The notes below the pieces were generated by a model that had not been told where the DNA came from, did no database searches, and worked only from the letters and a program-made list of their open reading frames with translations. Made by a program: the position numbers and the translations under genes. From positions 55,418,411 to 55,463,760 of the forward strand of contig NC_068984.1 in the NCBI RefSeq assembly GCF_001194135.2: 45,350 nucleotides of DNA, given 5' to 3'. This stretch comes from Octopus bimaculoides (taxonomy: Eukaryota). Of the stretch, positions 37,200 to 45,350 are shown one piece after another (within the stretch, counting starts at the first letter, position 1; every line of letters starts with the position of its first letter).

Positions 37200-37580
37200 T
37201 GGAAGATGAGTGGAATAAGAAGAGAAATAGTAGGATGAGCAGTGAAAGAAAAGGAGGCGGAGGATGAGGTTAGAGAAAGAATGGGAAGAGAAGGAGGGAA
37301 GGAAAAAGAGGGGAAGAGAGAAGAAAGAAAGATGGAAAGAAGGAGGATAGATGGCGTGGAGGAGAGAAGAAATAGATGGAGGGAGAGGCGGAGGGAAAGG
37401 AGGGATAGAAATAAGACGAGGAGAGGGAGAGAAGGAGGGATACGGAGAGGGGGGAAAGAATGGTGTGTGGAGGTAGAGGTGGAGGAGGAGAAGGGGAGAA
37501 AGAAGAAGAGAAAAATGAGAGCGTGTAGGTCGAGAAGGAAGGGAAGAGAAAGGAAAGGATATAGGTGGAGGAGGAAGTAG
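37200..37580. repeat. Polypurine/polypyrimidine low-complexity tract
   Basis: About 380 bp of almost only G and A on the + strand. Confidence 0.9.
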
Positions 37581-38009
37581 GGTCGAAAGAAAACCTTGTC
37601 GACAAACGCTCAACTATTTTCAATAACTATCGATACCTGAACACAACTGCACCAAACAAGATGTTGAGTCCAGTACTAATTCGCTCTCGGTACACTGCTC
37701 TACACTAGCATCTTCGTTAGAACTTAACACTTAACAGCCAGAAATGCTGCATGTTGAGGAATGTAATCTCCCACTATTCAATCAGACAGTACGAGCATCG
37801 GTTTTACTGCTCTAAGATATCAATATTAATAAATATGTTCGAATATAATGAATCATCTTTGCTGATATTGGCAAATGCTTGCTTTGAAAAGGCCTTAATT
37901 CAACTTACCACTCAACCATATACGAAATAATTCAATATTCGCTATGAATACATGATGTACATGCATGCATATGTATGTATGGATGTATGTATGCATGTAT
38001 GTAAGTATG

Positions 38010-38071
<62 letters not shown>

Positions 38072-38868
38072 CACATATGAGTGCGTGTGTGTGCGATCTC
38101 TAAATAGTTGATTAAGCAGTAGTATGACACTATCTCTAAGCGGATCTATCCATCAAAGATGGACACACGTACACATCTATGTATATGTATGCACACATAC
38201 GTAAATATATGTATATGTAAATATATACATATACATGTGAGTACGTGTTTATGTGCGTGTGTATGTGTGGACGTGCGTGCGTTATGTAAACATGCAGTAT
38301 GTACGTAAAGAGAATATAGCTGGATGCAAGACGTATTAAGCTACACTACATCCCATAGAAAAGTAAACATAACCAATAATAAAAAGTGATTTTCTGACGA
38401 TGGAAAAGGATAACATTTTATTAACCTATTAATTTTATTACCCAGCAACAATGAAAATGAAACGAATTTCCTTTTTTTATTTTATTATTTTTATTTTTGC
38501 ATGGTACAAGCCGCTTTTTGATACATATGATTAAACACATTTTCCAATTTCTAAGTCTAGCACTCGGTTGAATTGACACGCATTTGATAATTCCCTTTCA
38601 ATTTTTCATGTCATTTAGCATAAAAGTTTTTTTTTTTTTTTTACAAAATGCGTAACTATCAATAGCACAAATAAAAGCACCATGACAGAAAAGTATGGAA
38701 ACAATAAACTTGCATATTAATGCAAATTCGCCAGTTTACAGGGGTCGTTCGAATGACTTTGGATTGTCTAGCCATAAAGTCTATCAAATTTGTATTTGGA
38801 TTAAAAATGTAAGAAGTGTTATTTCATGCAATTATACTATTACATGGAATTATATTGTTACTAATAAT

Positions 38869-39078
38869 AGTTTCAAATTTGGACACAAGGTCAGCAAGTT
38901 TGGGAGGTATGTTGATTACATCGACTCCAGTACTCGACTGGTGCATATTTTATCAGCCCGGAAAGGATGAAAGGCAAAGTCGACTTCGGCGGATCTTGAA
39001 ATGAGAACGTAAAGGCGGACGATACGCTGTTAAGCATTATGCCCGACTTGCTAACGATTCTGTCAGCTCGCCGCCTTA
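38869..39078 (-). mobile_element. Full-length SINE (10420 family) with 18-bp TSD
   Basis: Body ...ggatgaaaggcaaagtcgacttcggcgga...tctgtcagctcgccgcctta. Flanked by tatattgttactaataat (38851-38868) and tatattgttgctaataat (39079-39096). Confidence 0.85.
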
Positions 39079-39364
39079 TATATTGTTGCTAATAATGTAA
39101 GGTATTATGTCCGCCTCTCTGCTGGTTCAGAATTGATTTGCAAATCTTGTACTGCTCTAGACAAAACCAAATTCTGGCATTTAGTTCAAGGTTCTACTTT
39201 CTAATTTACATTTCCGAAATGTTCGCTTTAGCCCACCTTCTCTCAGATATCCATAAGCGATCCGAAAGAATTCAAATACAGAATTCGTCTGATAAACGGG
39301 TACGTATATACATGTATATGTATGTATATGTATACGTGTCTGTGCGTTTGTATAAGTACGTATG

Positions 39365-39658
39365 NNNNNNNNNNNNNNNNNNNNNNNNNNNNNNNNNNNN
39401 NNNNNNNNNNNNNNNNNNNNNNNNNNNNNNNNNNNNNNNNNNNNNNNNNNNNNNNNNNNNNNNNNNNNNNNNNNNNNNNNNNNNNNNNNNNNNNNNNNNN
39501 NNNNNNNNNNNNNNNNNNNNNNNNNNNNNNNNNNNNNNNNNNNNNNNNNNNNNNNNNNNNNNNNNNNNNNNNNNNNNNNNNNNNNNNNNNNNNNNNNNNN
39601 NNNNNNNNNNNNNNNNNNNNNNNNNNNNNNNNNNNNNNNNNNNNNNNNNNNNNNNNNN
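39365..39658. other. Assembly gap
   Basis: Run of N. Confidence 0.99.
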
Positions 39659-40146
39659 ATACATGCATATATGGTACAGGACGTCACAAACAGCAAACAA
39701 CATGAAATGCGAAAACAAATAAGTCAAAAACGCAAACAACGAGCGAAACAAATGGAAAACAGGTGAAATAACATAACGAACGATCTTAAATCCCCCAAAA
39801 CGAAGAACAGACACAAGAAAACAAAACAACAACGCGAGGACGTGGTACATACAAAGTATCAGCAAACGCTCAGGGAAGGAAAGAAACGTGGTTTTATGTT
39901 TCGAGCAAAGCTCTTCTTCAGAAACAGGAGACAGAGGAAAGTTCAATGAAAAAGGAAGACGGAGGAAAAAAATCGCCAATGACTCACATGTGGTTACATA
40001 TATATACATATATGTATATATGTATATAAGTATATATACTCATATCTATGCGTCTCTAAATGTATATATCCACACATAAACACACATGCATACGGATATA
40101 TATATATACATGTGTATATATATATATATATATATATGCGTCTTAC

Positions 40147-40226
40147 CCAATGTTTCACATATAATTTGTGCTCACGACTCGGAAGGCGTATTCTGCTGAT
40201 TTCTGATATCCTCCTGCTCTCCGCAG
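40147..40226 (-). CDS. Candidate exon (80 nt, phase 1 to 0; [27 protein letters not shown])
   Basis: tgtcatattctAG acceptor and TGG|GTAAGA donor. Competes with a plus-strand candidate at 40231-40290. Confidence 0.15.
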
Positions 40227-40329
40227 CTAGAATATGACAAACAACTCTAGTCTGCACAGAACTAGAGGAGGGTCGCATTGTTTTACAAACGTAAGCGCTG
40301 TTATATTTTATCTCTTATTTGTTTCATTC

Positions 40330-40520
40330 ATTAGATTGCGGCCTTCTGTGGCACCACCTAGGAGAATTTTTGAAACGATTGAATTAAACCCAGTAGTTAT
40401 GTTTTTAGTCTGATATATATCCTGTTGGATATCTTTGCCAGAACTGCTACGTTATGGAGACGTAAACACTCTAGCACCGGTTACCGAGTGGTGATGGGAG
40501 ACAAACACAGGCACAATGAT
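40330..40520 (-). mobile_element. Inverted degenerate copy of the 7441-7668 repeat module
   Basis: gattgcggcc...ggcaccacct...ccagtagtta...tctttgccagaactgctacgttatggagacgtaaacac...caccggtt is the reverse complement of that module. Confidence 0.65.
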
Positions 40521-40638
40521 AGACATACACACAAGCACTCAGACACGCGCGCACACACACGCATGCACACACACACGCATGCACACGCATGCACACACAC
40601 ACGCATGCACACACACGACACACATAGATATATATATG

Positions 40639-40671
<33 letters not shown>

Positions 40672-40735
40672 GTACCCTGGCGCAAGACATTTCCTTTCAA
40701 GTTACTCCAGTCCTCCCAAATGCCTGAGGACTTAC

Positions 40736-40852
40736 CGAGTGCTGACGAAGTTTCCTCTACGGCTATCACAGAGAAGTTTTGAATGTTCTCCTATGTCAAG
40801 GGCTGGAAGCCCAAGAGGTTATCGATTATACCTGTTGCTTCTACATAAGCAC
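40736..40852 (-). CDS. Candidate exon: 117 nt with one in-frame TAG, or 55 nt (40736-40790) if that TAG is the acceptor
   Basis: tttatttttAG acceptor and CG|GTAAGT donor. Phase 1 to 1 reads GAYVEATGIIDNLLGFQPLT*ENIQNFSVIAVEETSSAL. Confidence 0.2.
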
Positions 40853-43502
40853 CTAAAAATAAATGTCATCGTAAATAACACCAAGTCATACACGCTTGTA
40901 AATAATGGCGACAGATGTATGAATTGGTATAATGTGTCAAAGTCGGCACACAGTGAAACTTTAAAGATACTGTCAAATTTTAGCTGTACAAAAAGGAATG
41001 ATGTGCAACATAGCGAGGGAATCGTCCACTATACTCGCTATAATTATACAGAAATAAAATAGGTTAAACCACTCACAGAGTGGTGATAATGTCAATTCTT
41101 AATAATTTGATTATTTATCAAGATACCGAAATCATTTATTTAATAAATATCTTATTTAGTAGGTACTTATATATTCTTTAATGTCTGGAAGAATGAGGAA
41201 ATTTCGAAGATAGTGTTATAAACATACCACATAGGCACATGTCTACAATGTTAAGAAGAATCTCTATATGATAAATATCGTTGTTACTTGAAATTTTTTC
41301 CGGACTGTTTCTACTAAGCTACTTGTTGAACTTCTAGACTTTTGGTAGTAGATTGCGTTTTCCATCATTTAGTGACATCGTGGTATATTGAATCAATTTG
41401 TCTGTATAAACAATCGTAGTTATAATTTTCTGTAGAAACTGACAATAAACCTAATTCTCCTAATTGATGCAGCGTGCAATATACTAGGGCTAAGTCCAAT
41501 GGAAACTTTTCTGAAGAGTGTCTTTTCAGCAGACATTTGTAAGTCGTTATTATTGTCTTTCATTCCAAGACCTTGTTTCAAACTTCATTATTTTTCAAAA
41601 TAATGACATTATTTCATAATTTGTCTAATGTTGAAACGGTTCAAAACAAGCTGGGTATGCAACGCGGCCTACTTTGCAAATTTGACGTTCTTGCTGAGAA
41701 GTACATTCACAGGGTTTCTTTGATTTAGAGATAATCTACTCTAAACAGTGCGATTTCTTCATAAGGGATTTAAAATGATTATTTCGATTACTTTCTCTCA
41801 CACAATCACTTACATCTTCTAAACCGCGATTAACATAGTGCCAAATTTTAACATCGGGATGATGTATCTTGAGAATTATTTCACACCAAATTTGACACAA
41901 AATATTACAGTCGTCCTAACAAATGCAACTAAGTTCTCTTTCAAATATGCGTCATCAAACTTATGGTTGATGAGACAGTTCAAAAGACATTTAGCAATAG
42001 TTACAACTTCCCCATTAAGAAGCTCAATTACGCGTATTAATACTCAGAAATTTTATTATACGTCAAGGCAAACGGATATTTTGCCATTTATCTGCTTTAT
42101 ATGCAGGTAATTTTTCATTTTCGTATTAATGGTTATCTTTGAAAAGAGCATATGCGGGAATACAGTCTAATTCCAATGTCAATGTAATTTTCTTTTGAAG
42201 TTTCAGGAAGCCAAAATGATCAGTGTCTGATCTGTTGCTTCGTGTTAAATATGTAGAAAAATAAATTAACAGCATTCGTTTAGATGTGAAGTATTTATGG
42301 TGTAACATTCCAAGAGTATCTTCACAAATTCTCTTTTATGCTCTTAGGGAAGTAGCGAAAGTATTTTGTTACTTTGTGAACAATAATTTTGTGAGAGATT
42401 CCAAACGTGTACTTAGATTGGTTCCATAAATCATTACTTGGTAAATCTACCGTTTATCTGACCCCCATGGACCATTACAGGTAAAATGCTTTTGAAACAT
42501 AAGTTTATCTTCTTAATCAGGGATATGTTTCCTTTCTTTCTTCCACGTTTCTTCAGCCTGCACATCTAAAAAAGGATACATTTAGAACCCTGTTACTTCC
42601 AAAAATATCTTTGGACACCTTAAGAAAATTTGAACTAAAAGTAGGCGAAACACAACCTTTGTTAATAATAGTTTCTTGTACGTTATTACTGTTATATCCA
42701 CTCGGGTTGTTCATGGGAAAAAGCGGTTAATATTGTTTCCACAGAATCAAAAGGGTTGTTACTGAGATACATTTTCTTTCGTATTAACGAGTAAACCACA
42801 AACTACCATCAACAGAGATGTGGTCTTCCTAGTGTGTCATAGGGCAAGTTGCAGAGTTAGACTGAAAATAAATAATAAACGGGAAAAATATCTCTGTCTC
42901 ATAGATCATTTTCACTATCAGTTTTCCTAATGTCTTACATAAATCACTTCACTGTCTTAATCGCTTGCATATATCAACCAGAGACAAAACGTTGTTTATT
43001 GCAAAATGTGATGTTTTCTTTTCCTCCTATTATCGACATCAAGGGATTTACAAAGTATATTCAAAATCGTGAGCGTTGAGAATTAGTATTTTATAAATAA
43101 GATTCGAAGATTCAAAACTAGTGGACTGCAAGAAATGCAGCCACGTTGCAAGAATCCTCGTAGTACAGCATGGTGGAATGTGTTTCAAATAGAAAAATGT
43201 TGACGCTTAATATTTACATTAAATAATCATAATGATAGTTTCATCTTTCAAACAAACAGCACAGAATACAAGCAGTACAGATAGATATTGTACTATTATC
43301 ACCGAATTGCTGGTTATCAAGCTATTTCAACTGAAACAAATAAACTACACACAAACATATACGCATGCACAAACGCACATACACAGAGACACACCTTTAT
43401 AAACAGACTCATATGAAGAGATGTTCTTATGTAAGTTTGTTGGTATGTACGTATGTATGTATGTGTGTATGTATGTATGTACATATGTCTGAATATATAT
43501 AC

Positions 43503-43552
<50 letters not shown>

Positions 43553-44616
43553 GTGCATACAAACATTATATATGTGTGTGTATCTGTGTGTATGTATATG
43601 TGTAAATGTGTATATATGCATAAATGTATTTATACATACATAGAGAGTGAGAGAAAGAGAGAAAGGGGGAGTGAGAAAGAGACAAACAAATACGCGTTGT
43701 TTCAATGTCTTCCGAATTTTTCTGTTTTTAATTATTGCAATACAATGCTTTTACATTAGTGAATCAGAAGCAATTTGCTCAATATAGACGACATCACCTC
43801 ACAGTTGCATCGCGACTATTTCTTGGCCTGTATTACTTTGAAACAACACGTCGAATTCCATTAACATTCTATCACATCAATGTTTAAGAGGAGAATGTAA
43901 CACGAGCAAAAATAATCTAGGTCGGATAAGAAAATGATATAAAGGCTATTATTATATTGCCTCATTCCCACCTATATTTTTAGAAAACGTAATATTTCAG
44001 GTAAACAAAATACAGGAGATCAAAATACTCAGAAGAGAGATATGGCATGATATTCATCAAAACAAAGCAGGTCGGCCATATTGGCACCTCTATCTCCTCA
44101 GTCGTACTGAAGTGCCAAGTATACGTAAATGCTATTGTTTTCTCGTTGAACGAAAGATTTCGTGTAATAAGATGTCAACCGTTTTTTATTATATTATTTG
44201 CGTAAAGATATTACTGTTTTTGTTGTTTTCTTTTTAGTGAATGGTGTATATATTTCACCAAAGACTGACATCAAATTAGTTATCTCCGCGTTCTGACTTC
44301 TTGTAATTATCACTAATAGATATTAAGTTCCACAAATCATCACGCTGATTATAAACGTGCCGCACGGAAAAAAAAATATAGAATAAAAGGCACAGAAAAA
44401 AGCAGCGAAGCAACAACGAAACCACACACATCAATGTATATATATATACACATGTATATATACATATATATATAATACGCCTAGAGTCTTTGTGTATGCA
44501 TATATATATGCATATATATATATGCATATATACGCATCTGTGTGTATATGTGTGTATGTGTGCGTGTGGGTATCTCTCTCTTTCTCTCTCTCTCTCTCTT
44601 TCTTTCTTTCTCTCTC

Positions 44617-45006
44617 NNNNNNNNNNNNNNNNNNNNNNNNNNNNNNNNNNNNNNNNNNNNNNNNNNNNNNNNNNNNNNNNNNNNNNNNNNNNNNNNNNNN
44701 NNNNNNNNNNNNNNNNNNNNNNNNNNNNNNNNNNNNNNNNNNNNNNNNNNNNNNNNNNNNNNNNNNNNNNNNNNNNNNNNNNNNNNNNNNNNNNNNNNNN
44801 NNNNNNNNNNNNNNNNNNNNNNNNNNNNNNNNNNNNNNNNNNNNNNNNNNNNNNNNNNNNNNNNNNNNNNNNNNNNNNNNNNNNNNNNNNNNNNNNNNNN
44901 NNNNNNNNNNNNNNNNNNNNNNNNNNNNNNNNNNNNNNNNNNNNNNNNNNNNNNNNNNNNNNNNNNNNNNNNNNNNNNNNNNNNNNNNNNNNNNNNNNNN
45001 NNNNNN
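44617..45006. other. Assembly gap
   Basis: Run of N. Confidence 0.99.
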
Positions 45007-45297
45007 TTTTTTTTTATGCTTAACTAATTTTATTTCACACATATTAAAATGTAATGTTTACATTGCTTACTCTGGAAGAAGGAAAGAAAAAAAAACAAAC
45101 GGAGTGGAGGTGAGTGACAGTTAGAGGTACTCAAATGTAGGCGAACTGCAGTGAGAGGTTTTACTCAGAAGTCGTGCTAATTTTTATCGTAAATAATATT
45201 TTCTTTCACAATTTTACATGCACATACATATAACTATATATGAAATTACATATCTCAGTCATTTGTTTTCTTCAAGTATTCTTCACCTAAAATTTGT

Positions 45298-45300
<3 letters not shown>

Positions 45301-45350
<50 letters not shown>
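45301..45350. repeat. (TG)n microsatellite running off the window end
   Basis: Directly visible. Confidence 0.95.

Noticed and set aside
37185-37623. Glu/Arg-rich and Pro/Ser/Phe-rich ORFs
   Set aside because: Translations of the polypurine tract, which lacks stops by composition.

Overview
Eukaryotic, AT-rich, microsatellite-dense draft-genome window with 7 N-gaps. The SINE families and repeat density look like an octopus/coleoid cephalopod genome (inferred from remembered repeat consensus, not a search). The dominant feature is a decayed but nearly complete Ty3/gypsy LTR retrotransposon (26246-30513, +) with two ~250-270 bp TG...CA LTRs, Gag with a double CCHC knuckle, protease, RT, RNase H, integrase D-D35-E and a PPT. 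It is odd in several ways: a ~200 bp RNase H segment is duplicated into the middle of RT with microhomology at both junctions, the RT active site reads YxDN, and there is no tRNA-type PBS or TSD. Also present are a pogo/Tigger DDE transposase relic (~930-1425), a very old LINE RT relic (~16030-17060, -), and about ten SINE copies from 3-4 families, three of them with clear target-site duplications. There is also a 141-bp palindromic MITE-like hairpin, a perfect 18-bp hairpin, and an Illumina adapter remnant at a contig end (20698-20713). No host protein-coding gene could be recognised. Several small exon-like segments with good splice signals and compatible phases are reported at low confidence. 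Most ORFs in the supplied track are microsatellite or gap artefacts.
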